Origin: Prevotella sp.
GTDB lineage: Bacteria > Bacteroidota > Bacteroidia > Bacteroidales > Dysgonomonadaceae
NCBI GenBank assembly: GCA_031285625.1
Contig: JAITVV010000092.1
Span: 157,679-221,678, forward strand
Length of the DNA: 64,000 bases
Reading direction: 5' to 3'
Below are positions 18,580-28,581 of the stretch, piece after piece; position 1 is the first letter of the stretch; each line of letters begins with the position of its first letter. The notes under the pieces were generated by a model. That model made no database searches. It was not told the origin of the DNA and worked only from the letters and a program-made list of their open reading frames with translations. The translations under genes and the position numbers were made by a program.

Positions 18580-19968
18580 TTATTTAGCTTTTACCAAAGT
18601 TATTTTTCTCTTAACAGGAGAATTAATATCATAAATAGCCGAAAGGAGCATGTCCATTTCATCCTGCCATGCTTTTCTAATCTCAGGATACATTACTTTA
18701 CTATAATGATCACGCTTAGAATTCAACCAGAAGTTTTTTTCCTTATTTTCATCCACTACTTTAATAGCGTCTCTTGTACTAATATCGCCTGTTATACCTT
18801 TCGATAAAAAGAAATTAAACTTTATCCATGCATACTCCCTGAAACGACGCTCTATTTCCCAACGCTCTTCATTCAGAAACATTATTTTCAGTGCCTGCTG
18901 ATATTGTGGTGTATTTGTAAGGGTTGCCAGGTTGATTCCTTTAGCAAAATCACTGGCAGACCATGTACCGATTTCTTCTTCATCTATCAAAAGTCTGTAA
19001 TTCCCTTTAAGACCTTTTACTGTCAGCATTTCCTTATTCATTTCATCAATGAAAGGTACAATTTTTACAGCTTCTGCCTGGCTTTTCTTTTGCTCCCATC
19101 CACGGGCAATAGTATCCATCGGATATGGTAATGCATTTGCCAGATAATCGAATTCTATTCCTCTGGCTGTCTTTCTGATATCTGTTATTTTACAATTTGA
19201 TGATGAAGTTACAGAAGCCTTGGAAGCATCTATATTTATATCTGCCACTTCTTTTCCTGCAAGGCCCTGTGCTTTAAGTATTAGGTAAGCCATAACCATA
19301 TGTCCGTCATTATCAGGATGAATCCGATCTCTACCACAAAGAGTAAATGTAGGATCCTTCTGTTGGAATTGTTGGTTAAGGGCTGTCATTGGTTGATTAA
19401 GATCGAAAAACTGCCACCCATTTGCCTTTGCCGATTCCCTCTGAAAATCAACAATACGAAGCATTGCTTTATTCTTATTCCTCAAAGGTGTATTCCCTTC
19501 TATAACTGCAGTTTCGTCGAAAGGCGAGCTGCCCATTAGTACTATATTGGTATTTACCAGACTTTTAAACCGAGCTTCCATCTGCTTATAAGCATCATAG
19601 GATGCTTTCACTTTCTCATCCGCGAATTTCTCAGGTTGGTCACCATTATATTCCAGATAACCGGAGTCGTTCATTCCGAAGGTTGTGATCAGAACAGTAG
19701 GTCTTTTGCTGAAAACATCCCCATCGAGCCGTTTTACCATATCACTGGCCTGATCACCTCCAATTCCAGCGTTGAGAACAGTCAATCTCATATCAGGAAA
19801 ACGAGTCATATAATAGAGCCATATGTATGAATGGTAATGACCGCCGTCAGTTATACTATTACCAAGAAATACAACCCTGTCACCATCTTTAAACGGTGGT
19901 ATTTGTTGAGCCTTAACAAGTGAATTTAAGGAGAATAGAAGAACAATGGTTAAAAGTATATTTTTCAT
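18580..19968 (-). CDS. SGNH/GDSL hydrolase (probable carbohydrate esterase)
   Basis: FLGNSITD, NAGIGGD, FGMND, DRIHP blocks. Confidence 0.88.
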   Translation of the reverse strand: MKNILLTIVLLFSLNSLVKAQQIPPFKDGDRVVFLGNSITDGGHYHSYIWLYYMTRFPDMRLTVLNAGIGGDQASDMVKRLDGDVFSKRPTVLITTFGMNDSGYLEYNGDQPEKFADEKVKASYDAYKQMEARFKSLVNTNIVLMGSSPFDETAVIEGNTPLRNKNKAMLRIVDFQRESAKANGWQFFDLNQPMTALNQQFQQKDPTFTLCGRDRIHPDNDGHMVMAYLILKAQGLAGKEVADINIDASKASVTSSSNCKITDIRKTARGIEFDYLANALPYPMDTIARGWEQKKSQAEAVKIVPFIDEMNKEMLTVKGLKGNYRLLIDEEEIGTWSASDFAKGINLATLTNTPQYQQALKIMFLNEERWEIERRFREYAWIKFNFFLSKGITGDISTRDAIKVVDENKEKNFWLNSKRDHYSKVMYPEIRKAWQDEMDMLLSAIYDINSPVKRKITLVKAK

Positions 19969-19974
19969 TTCTTA

Positions 19975-20202
19975 TTATTTTGATTTCTTTCCTTTCTGAG
20001 CATATTCTACAAATTTAGAAAGTTTTATTTTAGCTATTGGCATATCTTTTTTGCGAAGAAGTAATTCTGTTAATCCTATTAAGTTTTGAGTTTCAATAAA
20101 CTCCTCTGTCAAATCAGTATCTTGGCTGATATGAATAAGAATGTCCTGCTTTTCTTTTTCAGTAAGTTCCCCGCTAAAGTATTTACAAATAAGATCGTCC
20201 AT
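19975..20202 (-). CDS. short protein resembling only the cytoplasmic N-terminus of a FecR-type anti-sigma factor
   Basis: MDDLICKYFSGELTEKEK pattern directly downstream of the ECF sigma; 75 aa with no TM segment. Confidence 0.6.
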   Translation of the reverse strand: MDDLICKYFSGELTEKEKQDILIHISQDTDLTEEFIETQNLIGLTELLLRKKDMPIAKIKLSKFVEYAQKGKKSK

Positions 20203-20264
20203 TCAACTTCTTTTTTTATTATGAACGATTCTCTAGTAAGATACCCCCAAAAAAGATTCAATAT

Positions 20265-20882
20265 TTACAAAGATAAATGCCCTTTTAGCTTTATCCTCAA
20301 TTTCTTTAAAGCTATACTCATTTGATTTTCAACAGTATTGACGGAGATACCAAAGCGTTCGGAAATCTCTCGGTATTTTAATCCTTCAATCCGGCTTAAA
20401 AGGAATATTTCACGACATTTGGGCGGTAAATTGTTTATTGCTTCGTTAACTATGTCTTCCATGCTTTTTTCGGACACGAACGAATCGTCAAATCTATCTA
20501 ACGATTGTATTTTAAGATTCATTTCTGCTTCGAATGAATTCTGAACAGTCTTGTTATATTTTTCAGTAGACAATCTGTATCTCAAATAGTCTACACATTT
20601 ATTCTTCACCAACCGGAAAAGATATGCATTAATATTCTCAATCAAACATATTGTATCTTGTCGCTCCCACACCCTTAGAAAAATATCCTGAACTATATTT
20701 TCAGCGTCTTCATTTATTCCTACATACTCTTTAGCAAACCTAATAAGCTTAGGGTAATAATTGATATAAATATTTGAGAATTGGAGACTGACAGTATCAG
20801 GGATAATTTCTTCTTTTGTTCCTTCGTTTTGATTACAGGCACATAAAGATATATTTTTATAAAGAGGTTTATTATATAACAT
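20265..20882 (-). CDS. ECF sigma-70 factor (Bacteroides expansion type)
   Basis: DAENIVQDIFLRVW, LPPKCREIFLLSRIEGLKYREI, SVNTVENQMSIALKKLR. Confidence 0.92.
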   Translation of the reverse strand: MLYNKPLYKNISLCACNQNEGTKEEIIPDTVSLQFSNIYINYYPKLIRFAKEYVGINEDAENIVQDIFLRVWERQDTICLIENINAYLFRLVKNKCVDYLRYRLSTEKYNKTVQNSFEAEMNLKIQSLDRFDDSFVSEKSMEDIVNEAINNLPPKCREIFLLSRIEGLKYREISERFGISVNTVENQMSIALKKLRIKLKGHLSL

Positions 20883-20939
20883 GGTATAGTAGATTAGATG
20901 TGGTTACTCCTCAAAAATGTATGGACAAAGATATATACA

Positions 20940-20975
20940 CAAAATGCCTACTTCTTTTTCGAAGTAGGCATTTTG
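20940..20975 (-). terminator. intrinsic terminator after the SusR-like gene
   Basis: CAAAATGCCTACTTC/GAAGTAGGCATTTTG perfect IR. Confidence 0.65.
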
Positions 20976-21075
20976 GTAAACGTTTTTCAAAACACAACCT
21001 ACATAACACAATGATTACAAATAAATTACCAAAAACACATAATTAGATTTTGGTAAATGATATTGAATCATTTTT

Positions 21076-22680
21076 TCAAGAAAAAGTACCTATTTTTCTT
21101 ACTTCTTCTTCAAAATTTTCACTTTCAATAGCCTTCCCTTTTACCTTACTTTTATAATTGTAGATAGTCTGCATAGAGTACCGGAGAAATACTGCTATCT
21201 GGTTCACATCGGTAATACCTAAACGTATAAGGGCAAATATGCGAAGTTCTGTATTCAACTGCCCTTTTTCCAATTTATAACGTTCATCTTCTTTCAATAA
21301 AGCATTAAACTTTTCTACGAAATCGGGATAAATCTTAAAAAATGCCTTATCAAATGTTTCATATAGTTCCTCTACATTCTTTTCCAGTCCGCGTGTAGAT
21401 GATGTAAGTTTATACAGGTCATCAATCTGGCCTGCTTTTATTTTTCTGTTTACATTTTTTCTATAATCATCCAGCTGATCGATATAGACAGCACACTGAT
21501 TCATAAAGTATCCGATGTACTTCTCTTTTATAAGATTTGCTTCATCCAGACTTTTATTTACATCCGATAGCTGTTGATTCATAGTTTTCAGGCTCTTCCT
21601 TGCTCTGGATACAATCTTTATTTGCCTATAGATAAAATATAAGGCAATGATAAGGATAACAACAAACAAACTTGTAAGTACAGCATAAGTACGAAGGTTT
21701 TGTTTCTGTTGCTCTATTTTCTGAAGATATGTGTCTTCTATAATGGGCTGTACCCTGGCAATAATTGTATTACGAAACCTGGAATTATAAAAATTTGCAT
21801 CATCCAAAGCAGCTTTGATATATGTATATGCCCTGTCAACATCCCCTTTTTCATACAAATTGATAGCCAAAGCCAGTAATGCTTCATTTTCCTTAACGGC
21901 TAGCCTCGTATCTGTTATCGAGGCCAGAATAAGATATTTTTCTTCCTGTTCTGTATTTTTCAGATTTCCGTGAACTATAGCAAGACTCATGGCAGCCATG
22001 GCATAGCTATGCGTATAAGGCTCTTGTTGTGAAAATATATCTGCCAAAATCTTATAAGCTTCCTGATACCTTCGCTCATCCTGCAGTTTAAATGCTTCTT
22101 CTTTCAGATACATTTCAGAGCTCTTATCAAGGAAAGACATGATAGTATCCCTATAATGCCTCTCTTCTTCCAGATATTTAATTCTATATTTGGAATCGTC
22201 TGTATATTTTATAAGATTGCCATAATATCTGATATAAGTCCAACAGTACATAAACTTCATATCCAGAGATAATCCTTCAAGCTTTATTGTATTCAATACT
22301 TCCAATGCTTCAGTAAATAGTCCGGAAAGAGATAATACAAATGAATACCTCAGACGGCTCTGACTGATAAGTTCCGGATTGCTCAATTTTTCTGAAATGA
22401 TTATATTCTTGTTTATATATGTTATAGCCGAATCACATATAAACGATTCATATTCGGCAATAATACCTTCATTTATATGGTACTCTTCTTCCAGAGGAAG
22501 ATTGTCTATCAGTTTGGATTTTAGTGTATTTATTTTTGAAATTTTTTCGGAAGCATATTGCGGGCGGTTGGATATAGTCTTATCCAATACTTTCAATAAT
22601 GAATCTATTTCATTTCCAAAACATGTATTTATTGGGATGTATGTAAAACAAAATATAAGGAGTAGAACCTTTTTCATCAT
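21076..22680 (-). CDS. SusR-like/DUF6377 membrane-anchored transcriptional regulator
   Basis: TPR-like periplasmic part, one TM helix, EANLIKEKYIG, FDKAFFKIYPDFV, ELRIFALIRLGI...YSMQTIYNY. Confidence 0.85.
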   Translation of the reverse strand: MMKKVLLLIFCFTYIPINTCFGNEIDSLLKVLDKTISNRPQYASEKISKINTLKSKLIDNLPLEEEYHINEGIIAEYESFICDSAITYINKNIIISEKLSNPELISQSRLRYSFVLSLSGLFTEALEVLNTIKLEGLSLDMKFMYCWTYIRYYGNLIKYTDDSKYRIKYLEEERHYRDTIMSFLDKSSEMYLKEEAFKLQDERRYQEAYKILADIFSQQEPYTHSYAMAAMSLAIVHGNLKNTEQEEKYLILASITDTRLAVKENEALLALAINLYEKGDVDRAYTYIKAALDDANFYNSRFRNTIIARVQPIIEDTYLQKIEQQKQNLRTYAVLTSLFVVILIIALYFIYRQIKIVSRARKSLKTMNQQLSDVNKSLDEANLIKEKYIGYFMNQCAVYIDQLDDYRKNVNRKIKAGQIDDLYKLTSSTRGLEKNVEELYETFDKAFFKIYPDFVEKFNALLKEDERYKLEKGQLNTELRIFALIRLGITDVNQIAVFLRYSMQTIYNYKSKVKGKAIESENFEEEVRKIGTFS

Positions 22681-22706
22681 GCAAGTTTAGGATATTGTAA
22701 AAGATT

Positions 22707-22800
22707 TAGGTCTCAGACCTATTTATTACTTTAATAGGTAAGCAACTATCAATCGTTATGATTTGAAAATGTATCATTAAATACTTATTACTAACATAAG
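22707..22800. repeat. about 90-bp intergenic element AGGYCWCAGACCTATT..., copy 1
   Basis: Aligns along its length with 33367-33458 and partly with 22933-23000. Confidence 0.6.
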
Positions 22801-22895
22801 CTTCGTACAAACTTACATAATTAATAGGAGAAATAATATCTTATTATAAAAAAATGCACCACGCTTATCAGCATAAGTGAAGGTAAAAAATAGTA

Positions 22896-22932
22896 AATCC
22901 GGCAAAGAGATTAATGTCTTCTTTGCCGGATT
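22896..22932 (-). terminator. intrinsic terminator after susD
   Basis: AATCCGGCAAAGA/TCTTTGCCGGATT IR followed by a U-rich tail on minus. Confidence 0.7.
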
Positions 22933-23000
22933 AAGGTCACAGACCTATTTCATTACTTTAGTTAGTAGAACAATTATCAGTTATGATTCGTATATACCAG
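22933..23000. repeat. same intergenic element, copy 2 (shorter)
   Basis: AAGGTCACAGACCTATTTCATTACTTTAGTTAGTA...GTTATGATT. Confidence 0.5.
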
Positions 23001-23002
23001 TA

Positions 23003-24817
23003 TTACCAACCCGGATTCTGTGTAAGATTCGGATTTGACATCATTTCGATATAAGGGAATGGCCATAACAATAGTTTGTCATTCCAAGAGCCCTTATCTG
23101 CTACGTCATCATACATTACATCATAATTACTCAAATCCCATGGATCAGCAGGACGTGGAGCATTCGGATTTTTAAATCCTGCAAGCCATGCAAAAGCTGT
23201 TCCCCAATAATCTCCAACTCCATTGTCTGTGGTATCAAGAATAAAATTCTTATAGTCTCCCCAACGGATTAAATCTACATAACGGTCACAATCTTCCATA
23301 CACAGTTCGAAACGACGTTCCGCCTTAATCCCGTAGGTAGCATTATTCATATCCAGAGAAGGAGCATTTGTAAGACCGGCACGATTACGTACTTTATTTA
23401 AAGCCTGTAGGCCCGTAATATTAGCAGTTCCTTCAGAACCTGATGAACATACTGCTTCTGCATATAAAAGTAATACATTGGCATAACGCATAAGAGGGAA
23501 ATTGGTACGGTTACCACTTGCCTGACCCGAAGCATAGCGGCCTTCGTCAAGATCGTCAAGATGGTTATAATATTTCATCCGGAAATATCCCTGATTACTA
23601 AATAACCTGCCACTTGTCATAACACCACGGGCAGCACTGTTTGCATAAGAAAAATCATTATATACTTCATAGTAGGTAGCCAAAGACATGCGACGGCGTA
23701 CACTATTTCCATCATGCTTGCAAAAAGCAGTACCAAAGGCACGGGTAGGATTAATGAATCCCCAACCATCAGCTTGAGAGTTAGTACAATCACCCGGAGT
23801 AAATAGCTGGTCGTTACGCCAGCCTGTATATGCCCAAAACCAGTAAGGTTCGGTATTGGTAATAGTATTGTTATCACCATCAGTGTCTATCTCCAGTAGA
23901 TATTCGTCGCAAAAGTCAGCCTCTGTACGGAAAAGTGTCAGATACTCATAACTTTCACTTCCATCAACCCATGTAGCAGACTTACTTTCTTTATACAGTG
24001 TAGTATTTGCTCCATAAGAGCTTGGGCCCATTGTTTTGGTTTTTGTCCAAAGGTCATATTTATTCGAATTAATAACTTTTGCCAGCCATACTTTAGCATT
24101 CTCATAATCATTCTGCCACATATAGCCTTGCCCCTTAAAGGCATAACAAGCCTCAGCTGTCCAACGTCCACCGATTTGCCTTTGTCCGCCTAATCCGCTT
24201 TTGGATGGAAGATCAGCAGCAGCTTCATCAAATTGTTGCATTATCCATATCCAACTTTCTGCCGGAGTAGAGTTTCCTGGTGTAAACGAATGGTTAATTC
24301 CATCCAGAACATGATCAACTAAAGGCGCTGATCCCCATAGCTGAGTAAGACGCATCATAGCCCATGCCCGCCATGCTTTAGCCTCAGCAATCACTCGTTT
24401 TCTTTCCGGTGAGCCATCATTCAACTTATCTACGATCATATTACTTTTGTAAATGATATTATAAAAACGTTGATACATATCCTTATATGCATTGTTCTCC
24501 GAATCATCTACCATCTTCGCCATCTTCTGATAGTCGCCACCATCACCCGAGCTAGAACCTCCAGGCCAGAAGTCTGCTGTTTTTACAGTAGTAGAAGCGA
24601 TATAGTGAATCCCCCAATCTCCGGTAACAAGATTCTTAGCAGTAGCATATATTTCACCTACCAATTGAGTAGCAGTTGCATCATCAGCATTTGCATATGT
24701 TTCATCTACCGGAATCACCCCCAATTGTGGAATGTCAAGTTCATTATCATTACAGGAAACCAACATGATACCTGTAAACAAGCTGATTATGACTAGTGTT
24801 ATAATATATTTTCTCAT
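23003..24817 (-). CDS. susD: SusD/RagB-family glycan-binding lipoprotein
   Basis: lipobox VSC; AEAKAWRA, MRYANVLLLYAEA, LNKVRNRAGL, ERRFELCME..RYVDLIRWG, C-terminal QNPGW. Confidence 0.93.
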   Translation of the reverse strand: MRKYIITLVIISLFTGIMLVSCNDNELDIPQLGVIPVDETYANADDATATQLVGEIYATAKNLVTGDWGIHYIASTTVKTADFWPGGSSSGDGGDYQKMAKMVDDSENNAYKDMYQRFYNIIYKSNMIVDKLNDGSPERKRVIAEAKAWRAWAMMRLTQLWGSAPLVDHVLDGINHSFTPGNSTPAESWIWIMQQFDEAAADLPSKSGLGGQRQIGGRWTAEACYAFKGQGYMWQNDYENAKVWLAKVINSNKYDLWTKTKTMGPSSYGANTTLYKESKSATWVDGSESYEYLTLFRTEADFCDEYLLEIDTDGDNNTITNTEPYWFWAYTGWRNDQLFTPGDCTNSQADGWGFINPTRAFGTAFCKHDGNSVRRRMSLATYYEVYNDFSYANSAARGVMTSGRLFSNQGYFRMKYYNHLDDLDEGRYASGQASGNRTNFPLMRYANVLLLYAEAVCSSGSEGTANITGLQALNKVRNRAGLTNAPSLDMNNATYGIKAERRFELCMEDCDRYVDLIRWGDYKNFILDTTDNGVGDYWGTAFAWLAGFKNPNAPRPADPWDLSNYDVMYDDVADKGSWNDKLLLWPFPYIEMMSNPNLTQNPGW

Positions 24818-24834
24818 AATGTTATTGTTTTAGA

Positions 24835-27800
24835 TTAGAATGAAAGATTGAGCCCAAATGTTACAGTTTTCGGACTTGGATAATCTCCGTAATCCATACC
24901 CATTGCTCCGGTTTCACTTAGAGTGCCTTTCGTATTCGGAGGAGTCACACTTACAGACTCAGGATCCATACCCGGATATTTTGTAAAAGTGAAGAAGTTA
25001 TCCAAAGAAGCAAAAACACGCAGTCTGGATATTTCAATCTTCCTTGTAAGTGAAGCCGGTATAGTATAGCCAAGTTGTAATTGTTTGATCTTGAAATATG
25101 AACCGCTCATAAGCTGTGCCGATGATTTGGCAAACTTATCGTCAGTTGGATTCGGATGCGGATATTTTGCTCCCGGACCTTTCACATCCCACGAATCTGT
25201 CCAGAATTCTGCCAATTGATTAGCAGTTGCCGATCCACGCATACTAACCACCATTTTTCCACCTGAGCTACCGCTACCAAAAGCTGTAAAGTCAAATCCT
25301 TTGTAAGCTGCGGATATTGTTAGCCCATAATAAAACTTAGGTATAGCAGAACCTAAGAATACTTTATCAGATTCATTTATTTCACCTTCTCCTGTTTGAT
25401 CTTTATATAGAGCTTTGCCAGTATCAGGATCCGGACCCAGATATTCATAGCCATAATAGCTCCACACCGGTTGTCCTTTGTAGAAATAAACGAATCCATT
25501 AGAATATCCATCCTCAATAGGTTTCTGAACTTCATCCAGTTTTGTAACCTTATTATGCAAAGTTGCCAGATTAGCACTCACACTGTAAGAAAAATCATCT
25601 ATTTTATCTTGCCAGCCCAGATCAAATTCAAATCCTGCGTTATTTACTTTACCCACATTCTTCCACATCTCTGTAGTTCCTGTAGAAAGAGGAGGTGTTA
25701 TTTTTACTAGCTGCCCAGTTGTATTCTTATTATAATAATCGACAGTAAGAGTAAGACGATCATTCAGGAATCTGGCATCAATACCCGCATCTATTTGTTT
25801 AGATTCTTCCCAGTTCAACATAGGGTTTGTCAATGTATTAGACGGAGAGATTGTGTTTACAAGGCTTCCTCCGATAGGATAATAACCCGGAAGGTTCAAA
25901 GATGAACTCCACCGATACCCGCTAAGAACATTTACGTTACCATTTACCCCATATGAAGCACGTACTTTCAGGAAAGATAAAGTTTTAGGACTTATATTCT
26001 CCATAAATTTTTCATTACTAACAGTCCATCCGGCAGATACAGAAGGGAAATATCCCCAGCGATTATCTTTTGATAGTTTAGAATTGTCAAAAGCATCTGC
26101 ACGGAAATTAGCTTGTATCATATAACGATTATCATATGCATAGCCTATACGTCCGAAGTAACTCATTTTCTTACTTTTACCTACTGATCCGCCTACACCA
26201 TCATTAGCGCCGCTTGAAGAATAGTCCAAATAATGGAAGTTTGGTGCACCATTTATAAATTCGTCTGTGGTACCTCTGGTATAGTTTCTCCAATTAGATG
26301 AATATGACATCCCAGCCATCGCATATACATTATGCTTGTTGAAAGTCTTATTATAGTTTGCAAAGTTTTCCCATTCATAAAATCTTTCAGTAGCTGTTTC
26401 TGCTTCGTAGCTTAGCTTCGAGCGTGGAGAAATAGAGAAATACACAGGAACTCCATAATATTTATAATCTTCGGATCCTAAACGGTAGCCCAAACGGGTA
26501 GTAAATACAAAACCTTTGATCGGTTTGAAATTCAATGATGTTACCCCTCTGATATTAAAATCCTTATGTTTACTGTTCTGACTATAATACCATGTCATAG
26601 GATTTGTATTATCAGCATTGTATTTAGGAACAGCAGCATAATCTCCGTTCTCATTTTTCATAAGCATATCATCACCTTTAGACGTAATCAGGTCTTTCAT
26701 ATATTGTGGCAAATTATCCTTATCATAGAAAAGAGGAGTCAACGGATCATAGTAATAAGCAGAGTTAAATCCTTGTTTATTAATTCCATCCCCTACTCTT
26801 GAGTATTCTGAGTTTTCGATTGAATTATTCGAAGAGAATTCGAGCCACGGCTTAATATTATAAGTAGCGTTCAGTTGGAAAGAAAGACGATTTATATAAT
26901 CTTTATCTCCATAGTACATACCATCATTTTTCATATAAGATACTGATGAGTATAGAGTACCATTATCATTTCCTCCTTCAAAACCTACTGTATGACGCTG
27001 GAAAGAGCCATTATCTCCATAGAGAGCTTCGCTCCAATCTGTATCTGTAACGCCATCCCAGTCATTCACCAAAGAGTTACCGGCTGCCTTGTTATAGTCA
27101 ACATATTGTTGAGCATTCATCATTTTGGGCTTGCGGGCCAATGAAGTAATCCCGTAGTTAAAATCATAGAAGATTTTGCTTTCCCCTTTTGTTCCGCTTT
27201 TGGTTGTGATAAGTACCACTCCATTACCGGCTTCTACTCCATAGATAGCTGCAGATGCACCATCTTTAAGTATCTCCATCGATTTTATGTTATTTGGATC
27301 CAGATAGGCAATATCTTTTACTTTAAGACCATCGACCACATAAAGAGGTTCTGAATTTCCTGAAGAGTTGGAGCTTATACCGCGTATACGAACAGCAGGA
27401 CTGGTTCCCGGTGCGGATGAACCACCCATGACTTGTACACCGGCTGCTTTTCCCTGAAGGGCTTGTTGTACGTTTTCAACAGAACGTGATCCAAGAGCAT
27501 CTCCCTTTACCGAAGTTATGGCTCCTGTTACATCGCTTTTCTTTTGTACACCGTAACCAATCACGACTACATCATCTAGCATTTTTGTATCTTCTTCAAG
27601 AATAATGTGAAGAGATGTTTGATTCCCTACAGATATAAGTTGAGGGCTAAATCCCAAAAGCGAGACTTTAATTTTTTGACTAGACGATACATTTTCCAAT
27701 GTAAATGTACCATCATCTAAGGTTAGAGTTCCCTGGGTAGTTCCCTCGATCACCACAGTTGCTCCAATAATAGGTTCTCCCGTATTATCGACAACTGTTC

Positions 27801-27903
27801 CTGTCAGATTCCTCGTTTGCGCAACAGTCTGGCTGCCTGCAAACGGAATTGCAAGAATCATAATCAGTGTTATTAAAGTCAATTTCAATAAGCTTTGTTT
27901 CAT
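24835..27903 (-). CDS. susC: SusC/RagA TonB-dependent transporter
   Basis: GEPIIGATV, LDDVVVIGYG, PLYVVDG, LKDGASAAIYG..AGNGVVLITTK, WGYFPSVSAGW, terminal GLNLSF. Confidence 0.95.
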   Translation of the reverse strand: MKQSLLKLTLITLIMILAIPFAGSQTVAQTRNLTGTVVDNTGEPIIGATVVIEGTTQGTLTLDDGTFTLENVSSSQKIKVSLLGFSPQLISVGNQTSLHIILEEDTKMLDDVVVIGYGVQKKSDVTGAITSVKGDALGSRSVENVQQALQGKAAGVQVMGGSSAPGTSPAVRIRGISSNSSGNSEPLYVVDGLKVKDIAYLDPNNIKSMEILKDGASAAIYGVEAGNGVVLITTKSGTKGESKIFYDFNYGITSLARKPKMMNAQQYVDYNKAAGNSLVNDWDGVTDTDWSEALYGDNGSFQRHTVGFEGGNDNGTLYSSVSYMKNDGMYYGDKDYINRLSFQLNATYNIKPWLEFSSNNSIENSEYSRVGDGINKQGFNSAYYYDPLTPLFYDKDNLPQYMKDLITSKGDDMLMKNENGDYAAVPKYNADNTNPMTWYYSQNSKHKDFNIRGVTSLNFKPIKGFVFTTRLGYRLGSEDYKYYGVPVYFSISPRSKLSYEAETATERFYEWENFANYNKTFNKHNVYAMAGMSYSSNWRNYTRGTTDEFINGAPNFHYLDYSSSGANDGVGGSVGKSKKMSYFGRIGYAYDNRYMIQANFRADAFDNSKLSKDNRWGYFPSVSAGWTVSNEKFMENISPKTLSFLKVRASYGVNGNVNVLSGYRWSSSLNLPGYYPIGGSLVNTISPSNTLTNPMLNWEESKQIDAGIDARFLNDRLTLTVDYYNKNTTGQLVKITPPLSTGTTEMWKNVGKVNNAGFEFDLGWQDKIDDFSYSVSANLATLHNKVTKLDEVQKPIEDGYSNGFVYFYKGQPVWSYYGYEYLGPDPDTGKALYKDQTGEGEINESDKVFLGSAIPKFYYGLTISAAYKGFDFTAFGSGSSGGKMVVSMRGSATANQLAEFWTDSWDVKGPGAKYPHPNPTDDKFAKSSAQLMSGSYFKIKQLQLGYTIPASLTRKIEISRLRVFASLDNFFTFTKYPGMDPESVSVTPPNTKGTLSETGAMGMDYGDYPSPKTVTFGLNLSF

Positions 27904-28253
27904 AATCTTAAAAAAATTAATAATTTATTGTTTAGTAGTTCATTGTATCCGGCGTCTATCACTCTCTCGTCAACCGGATGAGGTCGTAGTATGGATTTCT
28001 TAGTTACATTCATAAAGATTTATTGGTTAGTATTAGGTGAATTATTTCATAGCATAAGATATTTTAGTGTTATCATCTTATGAACGACTTAGGATTAAAA
28101 TACCACTAAAACATTTTTCAATTTCGTGAAAATAAGGGCTTAAAGAATTAAAAGGCCGGCTGATTAAATAAATAATCAATCGACCTGTATTTTAGAAGTT
28201 AATCTTACAATAACTTATTCTATTTTAGCTTTTTGTAAAACTCTGTAAGTTTA

Positions 28254-28466
28254 TCAACTGAATGATGCATCTTTGGATATAAAAGAGATCAGCTTAACAG
28301 TAAGACCCTCAAGAGCAGCAGCCTCTATTTTATGATGACCATCCAACAAACAGTTGGCAAATCCCCAATGTGATACAATTCCATCTTTAGGAGTTGTAAA
28401 ACTTAGTCTCGATTGTGATTTTCTGACTTCGAGATGTTTGTGATCTATATTACTTTCCATATTCAA
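28254..28466 (-). pseudogene. small ORF or gene fragment with a ParB/Srx-like LLDGHHK motif
   Basis: 70 aa; LLDGHHKIEAA resembles the ParB-like nuclease motif but the domain is incomplete. Confidence 0.35.
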
Positions 28467-28486
28467 TCTTATTTACCATACATTAA

Positions 28487-28534
28487 AAAAGTGACAAAAG
28501 TAACAACTTATACATATATTTTATCTGTTACTTT
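28487..28534. repeat. dispersed intergenic element, copy 3
   Basis: AAAAGTGACAAAAGTAACA-N20-TGTTACTTT. Confidence 0.7.
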
Positions 28535-28581
28535 TTCTTTCTGTCCCATTTATATTAGACAATCTTAATTATATATTCTTG

